NCBI GenBank assembly: GCA_030704615.1
Contig: CM060731.1
Coordinates: forward strand, 61,008,001 to 61,072,000
Source of the DNA: Takakia lepidozioides
Taxonomy: Eukaryota; Plantae; Bryophyta
DNA length: 64,000 nucleotides
Reading direction: 5' to 3'
Positions 23,176-35,400 of the stretch are shown here, piece by piece (the stretch's first letter is position 1; every line of letters begins with the position of its first letter). The notes beneath the pieces are model-generated. The model was not told the origin of the DNA, searched no databases, and was given only the letters and a program-made list of their open reading frames with translations. The position numbers and the translations under genes were made by a program.

Positions 23176-26100
23176 TAATTATCGTCCAATCACCCTTTTG
23201 AATGTCTCCTATAAAATTATTGCGAAGACCCTTTCCCGGCGGCTTCAAATTCTTTTACCATGTCTCATTGGACCTGCTCAGTCTGGCTTCGTTAGGAAAA
23301 GAATGATTCTAGATAATATCATTCTTGCTAATGAAGCCTTGGCTTTTGTTGCGCATACTAATCAGCTGCTGGCTTTGCTTCTTCTCGATTTTGAGAAGGC
23401 TTTTGACAGAATAGATTGGAACTTTCTCCTTATGGCCATTCAGCGTTCTGGTATTCACTCTCAATTTCTGGCCTGGGTTAAAATCTTGCTGTTTTCAGCC
23501 TCTAGTCATGTCATGACCAATGGGTTGCTCTCTAAAGCCTTTCCTTTACAACGGTTGGTCCGTCAAGGTTGTCCTCTCTCACCCTTCTTATTTCTGATCG
23601 TTGCTTATTGCTTGGGACACCTTATGGACTCCCAGCAACATATCTGTGGTCTGCAGATACCCATCCCTAACTCCCCTTCTCCTTTCAATCTTACGCTCTC
23701 TATGTACGCAGATGACACCGTTTTCTATCTTCGAAATGACAACCTTCTCATGATTGAGGCTTTCTTTAACACCCTTGAGTGGTTTTGTTTAGCTGCAGGA
23801 TTCAAAATCAACTGGTCTAAATCAGTTGGCATTCTGTCTTTACTTACGGATCAATCTGCTGCTCACCTACCTTTGTGGGTGGAGGATAAGGGTCTCTGTT
23901 GGTTACCAGAAGGTGACTCCTGCAAACTTTTGGGCCATCTCATTGGGCATAATCTCTCTCAACAGACGCGTTTTGCCCCTATCCTTTGCTCCCTCAAGGC
24001 CAAGCTTTCTTATTGGTCTTCTGCCAGACTATCCATTGCAGGTAAGTGCATAATCAAATGAGACTCAAATCCATTAAAGCCTTGACCCGTAATTTTCTTT
24101 GGGGTGCTCTGGATACAACAACCTCCAAGCGGGCTCTGATTTCCTGGTCTCAACTATGTCTAAAGAAAAACGGAGGAGGGTTTGGTATTCTAGATCTGGG
24201 AAAAGAGATTGATGCGCTTCTTGTAAAATGGATCCCCCGTTTATTTATGTCTTCCGCTGGTCCCTGGAAATTTTTGCTTTGGAATAACATGCGTAGTTCA
24301 GTTCCTTCCTCCAACCCTGCTTGGAGGCCTAGTTTGCGATGGTTGTTCCAGGGAGGATCCAGGAATCGTAAACAAATGGGGGGCAGTGGGGCCTGGCATG
24401 CTATATGGCATGCTTGGATATGCCTGTGAGAATATCTGTACCAGAAACCTCCCAATTCCTGGGATGAAGCAGTCCGTCAACCCATCTTCGGGAATTTACA
24501 ACTAGACAACGAGGAGTTGGCCTCTTGTATTGCTAAATGGGCCATATGGGAGCGTGCCGGGATCTCCCTTGTAAGTGATGTGTGGACAGGTTAGGACTTG
24601 CTTCCTCGAGACAGTTGGGCAGGTAAATTACATCCATTAACTCTTAACCGGGGATGGCTGATAATTTCGGATGCAGTTAACTTGAGATGGTCCCCTCTTC
24701 TCTCCTCTAGTCGGGAACAATGGCTTCCCCCGGCTTGGCGGGGTTGTTTGGGGGGGCAACCCAACGAGCATTATTTATGTCACGGTAGTTCTTAACAGAG
24801 TTGCGGCCAGCGGTATTGGTTACACTGCCAACTCGGATGGTTCCCTTGTGTCTCTGGGTTTAATTTCATGTCTTGCTGGTTCCACCTTTGCTGTTAGGAT
24901 CATTGACTCTCAGGGTGTTTCCAACCCGAATTAGCTAGTACTCTGCTCCAATGGGGACAAGCGATTTCTGTGTTCTGGTTTCTTATGCTCCCAATATCTC
25001 AGCTCCAATGTGATCCCGGGGAGTGGGTTTGGTGTATTCAGGATACCACTAAACCATTTTTTGCTTACTCGGCAAAAATAGGTTACAAGATGCAATGCAA
25101 CGCCTTCTCCATCTCTGCTAGACTTTCAGCCAAATGGGAGCCAATGGTTGTCTCTGTAAGGGCTTGGAAATTTATTTGGAAGGATGTTTGGTTGAAGCAG
25201 AGGTCTGCTAAGACCTCGGCCTTCCTGTGGAAACTTTGCAACATGATTCTACCTCTTTCCTTCTCCCAACCTGCTCGGCCTAACGAAGTGTGCAGGTCAT
25301 GTTCTTTGGGGCAAAGTGAATCCTTTCTTCATTGCTTCTTGAACTGCCCCTTTGCGGCGACCATTTGGTCCAAGGTTCATAGCTTGTACAGGAACTGGCG
25401 AGATTTTGATTACAGGGATCCTCTTATTATGTTGCTCAATATCTCTGCTAATGTTCCCTGGCAATCTTGTCAGGTTTGGAATACTCTAAGAGGTCTGGGG
25501 CTCTAGCATATCTGGAAGGCACGTTGTGCTTTGACATTTGATAGCAAGCCTGTTAATGTTAAAACTACTATGGCCAATCTTTTCATTGACTTACTGGTAG
25601 AAGGTCACAAAATGTGGGGGGTCCTGTTGGGCACAATATGCAGATGCTCTAAGGAGCAGGAGGTTGTCCTTCTCTCCAAATTTGACGCCGAATGGGGGCT
25701 GTTTGGATTACTTTGCAAACAAGAAGGAGAGCGAGTGTGCTGGTCATCCCGACCTCCAGTCAACTGGTGACTCCCCCAATCACTGGGCCTCACCGGCGGA
25801 AGTTAAAGAACGGGACATCAATTGGCGTCATAGGAAGAATAGAGGCTCAAAGATCCGTGCTCATTTGAACTTTGAGCCCCTCAGAGTCGAACGTTGAGTA
25901 GGATTTGGTGCTTTGGCTTCTGGCTCGGCAGTAGGTTCCTGCAATTGTTTGGTGCTTTTCTACTTCCTTTTTCTGTTGCATGGTAGCCCTGCCAGTGTGA
26001 TAGATTTTTTGACAAATGCAATGCACCTCTTATTTTGGTTAAATCTTAGGCTCTTCTCTGTTCCTAGTGCTCAATCTAGCAGTGCTTGGGTTTTATCATT

Positions 26101-26337
26101 AGCTGCTCTTCCATAGTTTCGTGATCCCTCTAGAACATGGCTTCCTGATCTCTCAGGGTTCTAGCATGGCTATGAATTAAGCTTGGCCTGGTTGGCTGGT
26201 CTGGGTTGTACCTGATCTATCCATAGATGTAAGCCTTATGGCCTCCTGTCCTGGTTATGTTTTCCATGACATCTTTCTAATATGAATCACAGGGCTTCTT
26301 CCCCTTAAAAAAATAAAAAATAAAAAAATAAAAAATA
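23176..26337 (+). mobile_element. L1-clade LINE (RT to poly-A); 5' end abuts the CACTA right TIR
   Basis: NYRPITLLNVSYKIIAK...LDFEKAFD...RQGCPLSPFLF...YADD, then GGFGI, zf-RVT (CRSC...ESFLHCFLNC) and an A-rich tail at 26307-26337. Several stops. Confidence 0.92.
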
Positions 26338-26598
26338 CATTAGGATATAGTTTCATAATTTTTGTCGGATGAGCACATTCACATTCGTTCACATTTGTTT
26401 CGTTGTGGCATATTGTTTAGGTCTCCGGGAAATATGTATGAAATATGTCCTCGTGCTCGTGTGAGCTTGGTCACAGACTACCCATTGTTGGGCGGATTTC
26501 ATTCACATCTTTTCGTTCTGATTAAAAATACAATTCTGGATACTAACAAAAACCTCAAAGAACCTGTGGATCTCATCAACTCTTTGAGGGATCTTTAA

Positions 26599-27248
26599 CC
26601 CTTAAACGCCCAGTGCCATAGTTTGACTTTTTCAGAAAACATGACCCCTTAAGTGAAAAAAAGGTGTAACTTTCAGAAAATTAACTTTTTAAAGAACTTG
26701 ACCACACATTAGGTGCGTACCTTCCTCCTGCATCCACCTGCCGAATTTGAGGCCAATCAGCTCCAGATTCACAAAATGCCACCGTTGAATGTGGGCTCCA
26801 TTATTGGGGCCCTTTTGAGAAACATATCCATTTTTGGTAAATTTTTAAAGATTTGAGTGACGGGATCAAATGGGATTGAGGCGAAATTAGCATGGTTTCA
26901 TCCCCTTGAGATCCCTCATCCAACAAGCCAAAAAGTATCCAATTTGGCCAATGCATGTGATGTTGCCACTTGGTCAAACCTGGAAAAATCACATGTTTCT
27001 CTCCCTCTCACACAACACGTGTGAAGAATGAAACAACGAGAATTACCTTTATCAAATCGTGACCCCTGCTTGTGTGATGAGACCTCTTTGCAACTTGGCA
27101 GATCCCAGGCAATCGGGCAATGAATCTTGGTGTGCCAGGTGCCCAAGAACACTATATTTTTTTTCACACAATTCCATGGAGAATGCAAAAAGTTATTCAG
27201 ATTTTTCTAAACCCAAAAGCCCGAAACGGGCTACTTGGCATTTAAGGG
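26599..27248. mobile_element. piggyBac-like non-autonomous element (MITE), 650 bp
   Basis: TTAA at 26595-26598 and 27249-27252. Termini CCCTTAAACGCCCAGT versus reverse-complemented CCCTTAAATGCCAAGT (14/16 match). No transposase inside. Confidence 0.72.
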
Positions 27249-28754
27249 TTAAGACAGCTATTTGATCGATTATTTTTCAAATTAATTACATGTGGTTCCA
27301 TATTCCATACTCCCTGTTCTTCCAAATCTTGAGAAATGCCCGTTTAATACTAGGTATATGGTAACGGCTATAACCAATGCAACGTGGTTGTCCAACCTGA
27401 GAGCCCCAAGGACTGGAAAGTCCACCGTACCACACATTTAGCGTATATATATTGGGATCGGACGATATGAACCTATGAAGTCCCCGTATACTAACTTAAG
27501 TCCCAAAGCAAAGATCCTCCGAACATTGTTCTCAACCTCCCATTTGAGCATTTGCAACAACAACCCTGTGTTTCCGGGGGCTCCTCCACCAATGGCCCTT
27601 TTGATTGACTCACAACTTGGCCCCACGTGCCAGGCAAGGGCACCTGCCAACAAAGGCAAGCCGGGCAGAGGATCTAGATTTGGACTTTGAGGAGCCCAAC
27701 TTTCTACCGTTTTGGCCAACGAATCTCGGGCAGGTTGCGTTGAGAAATACAATCTCGCTTTGGCGACTTTCCAATCCAACGTAAAAAGCTGCTTTTTCCT
27801 TCGTATTTTTTAGTGCATTTTGAAGCAGAACTTGGTTCCTACTTGGTGGGACACACTCGATGATTCAGTTAGTGGTTTTAGCACACAACCAAACCACTAC
27901 ATCAATACTTCATAAGTTAGAACCGGGTGGTTCCATTGGGTGCCGGAGAATGGAGCATGGAACGACGTTGCCGGAGCGGATTCGGTTTCGTGGAACACAT
28001 TCTTGTCACTTGGATGACACACCATCCAAGGTTGAGGTGAAATGGACAACCTTCTGGGGGTCTATTGTGTTGTTTTCAAATGCAAATTGTGCTGTTCTAT
28101 GTTTCAAGCAGATTCTTACGCCGCAAAAAGTTCCTGCCCACCGACTTCCCACAAACTAATTTGCTGCGGTATGCCCCAGGGCCCTATTTTTGACAGCCGG
28201 TCGGAAAGGAAAAGAGTGCGACCATTTGGGTCCAGTAGGACATTGGGGTCAAAGCGACAAACTTTCCAAAAAGTCGAGATATAACCTTCCTGAAGGTACT
28301 CACACTCCGCATGAATACCAAAGCGTGGGCTCGTTGCGTCAGATCTGAGGCAATGTGACACGCATGGCCCTCTTATTAACTTAGAGCTTTGTAAGTTTGT
28401 ACGTTTGTACCCTCTTGTAGCCTGGGAGGCCACCAAAATTGGCAGCCTAACTCATCCAAAAATCTTAATGACACTGCAACTACTCCTAGTACCTACCAAC
28501 ATTCCTGTTATCGAAGAACTTGGTATCACACTTTCCAGTATACACAGTGCTTGACCATCCACCGCCTCACCGACTCACATTTACACGTTTACACAGCTGC
28601 TTCGACCGCTTTAGATTGCATACTTTCGATCTTTCTATGTATATGTTATATCCCTGTAACACCCCACACAATCGACTCTCATGTAGACGAGCTCATAGAT
28701 CGGGTCTCTCACATACAATGAGAGGAAAAACTAACCTCGGCAGTATTCTCGTCA

Positions 28755-29107
28755 AGAGACCATCGCCCAGCAGAAGACTCATGGCTGGGGAAGAGCCGCG
28801 AAGAGGGAGAAATTAAACATTGCTGACACCAAACAGAGCTAGCACGATTGCTTCACATTTAATTAAAAGAGAGACCATCGCCCACTAGAGGACTCATGGC
28901 GTGGGGAAGAGCTGACCGGGAAGAGGGAGAAATCAAACACTGCTGACACCAACAGAGCTAGCAGGATTCCTTTACATTTAACTAAAAGAGAGACCATCGC
29001 CCAGTACTTACAAGACTCATGGTTGGGGATTGGGGAAGAGGGAGAAATTAAACACTGCTGACACCAACACAGCTAAGCATGATTGCTAAGCATTTAATTA
29101 AAAGAGA
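28755..29107. repeat. Tandem repeat, 3 x ~115-120 bp
   Basis: AGAGACCATCGCCCA...GAAGAGGGAGAAAT.AAACA.TGCTGACACCAA...CATTTAA.TAAAAGAGA starting at ~28755, 28870 and 28988. Confidence 0.9.
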
Positions 29108-30108
29108 AAGACGGTACTTAGCTAACCCGATGCATGCTTGCTGCATGATGTTTTTCAGACAGAAAAGTTAGCATGATGCTTGTTGATTCATTACCTTATT
29201 CCACAAAGAGAGAGAGAGAAGCGATCTGATTACGACAAACATGTACGGCGGAGCGGCCCCGCAACCATTATGGTAGACGCAGGCCCATTGGATTCCAAGG
29301 TTGCTCTCTGGTTGCTGGCCCAACCTTTGTCACCAGTCAGCAACAGCAACAGACCACACATGGCATCTTAAGCAGACACCACTGCTTAATCAACCACCCC
29401 AATACTTACAGCGGGAAGCTGGGCGAAAGATCTGCTTCTCACCGGATCGACATACCTCTTCGTATGATTTGGATCAACATTAAGATTTAGAATGGCACTA
29501 CCCTCATCTGCTACCAGTGATACTTACCATTGCAAAGATCTGAAGTAGCACTAGAATCATGTGCAACCGATTTCAAGCATCACCCAATCAAGATTTTTAC
29601 CTGCGTATTGTATAATAAGTCCCAATTGTGTCTCATCGTCCCACCAAGGTTTTGCTGGAGTGTTGGTGCGGGTATTTGACCTCTTATCCAAGAAGAGGAA
29701 AGGGTAGTTGGGGGTATTTCATTTGGAGATAACAGCTCAAATCCCCTTTAAAAAACCTTTAAAATCCCGGCCATTATCCCCCCTCCCTCCCCTCCCCTCC
29801 CCATTCTTCATCCAAGATGATAAATTGTGCACAATCTACATGTTTCACTATACCCAAAAGCTCCTGCCCGTCGATTTTTTCACTATGTTAAGCCCTAAGC
29901 GTCAAAACAACCCAACTTGGGTCGTTTTGGTTTAAAAAACAGGCTGGTTATCCTTGAGGTTAAGCCTGATGTGGGCCCACATAGGAAATCAAGTCAAGTA
30001 TGACGTGGAATTTCCCAATTGGTCGTACGACCTGACAATTGCCACGTGGAGAGCGTAGAGTCTGCCACACTCTTGATTTTGTGGCCACTTTTCACCATCT
30101 AACCTGCC

Positions 30109-30330
30109 CTGAGGATGATGTGGCAACTAGGGTCAGGTTAGGGTGAAATTCCATGCACCCCAATGGCATGGTGGCGCGTCTCCCAACACCCTTTATTGCG
30201 CCACTTACCCCCTGAATGGCTGAGGATGATGTGGCAACTAGGGTCAGGTTAGGGTGAAATTCCATGCACCCCAATGGCATGGTGGCGCGTCTCCCAACAC
30301 CCTTTATTGCGCCACTTACCCCTTAAATGG
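30109..30330. repeat. Near-perfect tandem duplication, 2 x 111 bp
   Basis: CTGAGGATGATGTGGCAACTAGGG...CCACTTACCCC..AATGG at 30109 and 30220. Confidence 0.95.
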
Positions 30331-31495
30331 CACCCGCAGCCGACCTGCCTTGGAGATCTCCATGCCTAATCCCCAAGCTGGAATCAATGGCGATGGTAGC
30401 TCCGAGTGTGGTTTGGTGTTCAAACCTGTTGTTGTGGGGGGAGTAGAGGAGGAGACTCGATTGATGCGCAGCTCGAGAGCTGCCTGGAGATGCTTCCATC
30501 CACTTTGTGAAATCCGGCGAGTTTTGTTTTCCCGTTATGAAAACCGGGACACATTTCCGGCATGGGTGGCCCATGAACGCGTGGAGTGGGTGACCCCAAA
30601 ACCCAATAAACATAGGGGTGGCCTGGGTGGGGGCTGGACATGCCTTGGGAGGGGTGGAGGCCTAATCAATTTAGGGACGGGTAGGATGAAGCACCCCCCT
30701 AAAACCCTCCACAAGAGAGGGCTACTGCAGAAAAATTATAGGCCCACATAGGTGCAATTGCAAGTCTCATGGGCAGGGGGTAAAAAGACCTAGTAGGAGA
30801 CTCAGATTGGCCCGAAATGTTTTTGCGGAAAAGCCATACCCACCCACAACATTCCCACCGGAGCGATTGTCAAATGAACGGCTCAAAAATGTTTCCTCAA
30901 TTTTCTGAACAAACCTTTTTACCTGCCCGAAGGAAAACCCCAAATTTGACCCCCCATTTTTAGCATACAAAGCAGCCCAACCTGAGATTATGTCAGAAAA
31001 AGATGAAATTTGCAGGGAAGGTGGCTTATATGACAGGGCACCAGATTCTGGAGAGTGTCATGTCAGACCAGTTTGCAGATGGGAAATTCGATAGAAAAAG
31101 AACTTTTTTTTTTCCCTATTTACTTCATATTGTTTTTTTTTTGCACCACTTTAGACATCATATTCTTTGGATCTGCTGGTTGGATTTAGACAGGGATTTT
31201 TGTGGTCGTAGGTGGGGTAGTTGAGAGTATATTCCAACGGTTAATTTTACAGGGCCTTAGTAAATCTCAAGGGGTTAAGTGGGCCCCAAATGAAAGAAGT
31301 CCAAAGCAGGAGCTTTTTGGCTGCTTAAAATCCTCCTCATGCGGTTCCACCCTCTCACTAGCTGGCTCCATATCAACCCTAGATGGTGTCTCATCCAAGG
31401 GACAAGATTGTGTGTTCCATGAATCTCCCTATGGCACCGTGGTTCCACATTGGTTCCACATTGGTTCCGGTGCTGCTCTCTAAGTAACCGGAACC

Positions 31496-31712
31496 GAACC
31501 GGACGCTATATCTTGGCATAATTGATCATCATATCGGAAAATGGAGGTTGTTAGTTTTCCATAGCTTGAAGAAACGGAACCGGGCTATATCTTGGCATGA
31601 TTGATCTTAATATCCGAAAATGGAGGTTGTTAGTTTTTTTTCCGTAGCTTGAAGAAACCAGACCTGGTGGTTATATCTTGGCACAAATGAGTATAATATT
31701 CGGAACTTGAGG
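31496..31712. repeat. Degenerate tandem repeat, ~3 x 80 bp, upstream of CER3 copy 1
   Basis: TATATCTTGGCA..ATTGATC...ATATC.GAAAATGGAGGTTGTTAGTTTT..TAGCTTGAAGAAAC recurs. Confidence 0.85.
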
Positions 31713-32163
31713 TTAGTACGTTAGTCCACAACTCGAAGAAACCGGAACCGGAGGTTATGATAAAAATCTAACAACCGCCCACCACTGGTTTGCTCCCTTT
31801 CACAACCACGCCATTTACGCGTGGTCCTGCTCTTTGCTCTGCTATGACTACAACAGACCGGCTCTGAGAATGCGGACGCGTGCGGTTGGGACGGGGGAGT
31901 TGAAAAATGGAAAGTGATGGCGTCATTCTCTCGGATCCGGAATGTTGGTCCGGAGTAGTCAATAAGCAATCAAGATCCATTGCAAAAATATAAAGGAAGA
32001 GATTCAGTGTCTCCGCACACATTTTTCTACATAAAATAACAGTAAATAAACCCAAAAGCGAAAAAGGGTAGTAAACAACGACGAAATTGTTGGCAGTGTC
32101 GTTGACGTGTGACGAAAGCAGGTTGGGCGGGTGGGTGGACCGCGTGTAGCGAGTACAGAGGCG

Positions 32164-32275
32164 GTCAACGTGGTGGGTTGACGGACGTTGACAAGCAGAC
32201 GCCCCACCCACGTCACGATCATAATTGAGAGTCTGCACGCGTCTGTTTGCGTCCGGCAGCGCGCGCCAGTATATA
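32164..32275 (+). promoter_or_regulatory. Proximal promoter of CER3 copy 1: conserved GTCAACGTGGTGGGTTGAC element plus TATA-like box
   Basis: The 19-mer at 32164-32182 is identical to 59464-59482 upstream of copy 2. TATATA at 32270-32275 lies ~130 bp before the ATG. Confidence 0.55.
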
Positions 32276-32402
32276 CACTCGCCGTTCCAGAGAGCTCAAC
32301 AACTGGCGCTCTCTCTGTCTCTAACTCTCTTCCTCCTTCCACAATTGCAAGACAAGCAAGACAAGCGTGCAAAGCTCAGACTGCTAAGCTCGGACAAGGG
32401 CG

Positions 32403-35400
32403 ATGGTGACCAAGGCAGGGCCGCTCGCCTTCTGGCCGTTGCGAAGGGTGGGAAACTACAAGGCATGGATGCTTTACTGGACCCTTCATTCAGCTCGATG
32501 ACCGACTCGTGAAATCTTAAATACATGAACTGAGCAGTGACGAGTTGTAAAAATAATTGATTAGTCCATATTTCACAGCTAAAACCTCAACATGTATATA
32601 TATATGGAAACAGTCCTTGGAAGCAGCTGATACACGCCTTAAGGTTCATACGCAACCAGAAATTGAACTCTGGTGTACCAATGCTAGAATTCCGTTGAAC
32701 GTAGATAGCATGTTGAGGTGGAGTTACTCTGTCTCGTCAGTTGAGTAGGTTACATAAAGCTGTGGAGAGAGAGAAAGAGCTCTAGAGCTTACAGACTACA
32801 GAACATAATCTGCTATGGTTAGTTGAGAGAGAGAGAGCTCTCTAGAGAGCTTACAGAATACAGTTCTAATATAACCTACCATGGTTAGTGCCTTCAAGGA
32901 TTGTGTTAACAAACGTTTGGCGATTGTGGTGGGCTGGATGTGATGTGCAGTATGTGATTATATATCTCCCGTTCGTGATAAAGGTAGTTCAAGCTAGTCT
33001 GAAGGGTGGAAAGGAAATTCGAGAAAATCTGTGGTTCCATTTGTTGCTGGCATCAGCTCTCCGCTACGTTCTCGTCCAACTCTGGATGTCAGTGACTCGG
33101 TTCCATGCTTTAGTCAAGAAGTACAAGATTCAAACGGAAGGCGTCACTTTTGCACAAAAAGATCGTGAAAGCAACTGGTATGTTTTATAGAGTGCATGTC
33201 GGTTTCGAAGTTATGTGTATGTACAAGTGTTGGTTTTCAGCTAGAAGTTGGTTGCAATGTAGTGACTGATGTGAATGTTCATACGAGTTAAATCATAAAT
33301 TTAACTATTCACTCGTAAGCATAATAGTACCAGTCTGCGCTTTATCTATCTGATGGTCATCATTTTCGGCAGGGACAACTATATTCTTCTGCAGTTCCTG
33401 GTGGCTGCAGCAATGGTCACATTAGCTCCTGGTTTCAGGAATTTGCCCTTCTGGAATGCAAAAGGGTTTGTATGTCTTCTCCTGCTGCACGCGGGCCCTG
33501 TTGAGTTGCTGTACTACTGGGGGCACCGTTTCCTTCATCAGTCACCAACACTGTATAAGCGATATCACGCCTATCATCATGCCGCTTCCGTTACTGAGCC
33601 CACTTCAGGTAAATGGAGAACCTCAATTTCAATTATACTTTGTTGAAAAGACAAGCAAGCATGTACCTCATCGCGGGCTAGATGTGCTAGCGGTACATGC
33701 TTGCGGTAAATCCATTGCGGTACATACTTATTTTATTTCATTTTACTGACATCTGATCTTTTGGTCATCGCGGGCTCTAGCACATCTAGATCTGACGGTT
33801 TCTCTTCACCTGCCTTGCCTTTGGAAGTGGGCACTTTTTAACTGTACTCGACAATTTGGGCAAACCATCTGGATTGTCAATGTTGGCTTGGACGTTTGGA
33901 CAGCCAATTTTATGACACAAGCTGTTAGATTGGCTGTCCCATATTTGGGGTTGACCTGGTGACCCCTTTTATATAGTTGGCTGGTTGGTGATACACGAAA
34001 CCCAAGACCGCTTCTTGTGCCCAAACTAACTTTCAAGAGGCAACTGATTGCTGATGAGAGTGTGAAGTGTGAACTCTTGTGGCTACAATGTTGTGCAACG
34101 TCGGTGAATCTGATGGAGGGCACGGTTGGTGAACGTGCAGGGTTCATGCTCACATTTGCAGAGCATCTAGTCTTTGCAGCGCTTGTCTCCATTCCATTGC
34201 TCGGCACAGGTCTACTAGGTGTGGCGTCGTCCGCCACATTCTATTGTTACTGGCTCTTACTCGACTGTTTATCTGCTATCGGACATTGCAATTGGGAGTT
34301 TGTGCCAACTTGGGTTTTTACGGTCTTTCCACTCATGAAGTATCTGCTCTACACCCCAACGTAAGCTTGCTCTGGACACAGCTTCTGCTTTGAGTAGTTC
34401 TAACTGATCAGCCTCTAAGTAACTAGCTCATAACCTGTATGTAGTATGTAGTATGTACACCGAGCTCTAGATTGTAACTCACACACTTCACAATTGACTA
34501 TATAAACATGCCTGTACGTTTTATTACTTGAATCGAAAGTTGAAAAGATCAGATGTCAGTAAAATGACGGGTTTGAAACTTGACCTGGGGCACGCGCAGG
34601 TATCATTCATTACACCATTCGAACATCAACCACGATACCAATTTTGCACTGTCCATGCCTCTGTATGATCACCTTGGTGGCACTTTTGACAAGCACACCG
34701 ACACTCTACATGCCACAGTACGCAAAGGTATGTGTAACATTCCGAGCAGCTCTACATCATTTAAAGTGTCCAGACTCTCTCTCTCTCTTGAACAGTAGTT
34801 GCTTTTGGGCTGCTTTTGACTCTCTCTAGGTTGATTGGTTTTGTCTCATTGACGAGGTATTCATAAGCTGGTTTTAGGCGAGTGCAAGCTTGCAAATGTC
34901 CATCGTGTTCGTAACTGCACGATGCCAGCAGCTGCAAGGAGAATCATATGCGAAGTTACTTGCTCAAGGAGATGTGATCAATCAGTAGATGGATTTAGAC
35001 AAATTACTTGATCTTGTGTCTGCAGAACTGTGTACATTTCTAACTTCAGACTTTGACCTTATCCTCAATAATGTGACGATAATTTTTGGCAGGCCGGAGC
35101 GACAAGCCAGACTTCGTTTTCCTGGTCCATGAAATTGGTTTGGATTCAGTGCTACACCTGCAAATGAGCCTTATCTCATTTCATACAGTGCCTTTCACAT
35201 CGGACCGGTGGTTTGTTCGGCTTCTATGGCCCATTACCGTACCTATCATGATCTTGATGTGGATCTTTGGGACTGCATGCGTGGGATGCCAGTACCGACT
35301 AAACCAATTTCAAGGCCAAACCTGGGTTATGCCTCGATTCGGTTTTCAGGTCAGTATCAATTTATGCACATGTATGTGCTTGGAAATGTAGATCTATACT

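Noticed and set aside
28755-29107. Repeat arrays here and at 4394, 30109 and 31496 as CRISPR-like arrays
   Set aside because: Head-to-tail units without unique spacers, a eukaryotic context and no cas genes.
29974-30752. 12-bp direct repeat GGCCCACATAGG as a TSD
   Set aside because: The enclosed sequence has no TIR, tail or coding hallmark.
31255-31278. Further piggyBac-like ends (GGGG-TTAA here; TTAA-CCCC at ~41330)
   Set aside because: No matching partner TIR found. The two face away from each other and differ in sequence.
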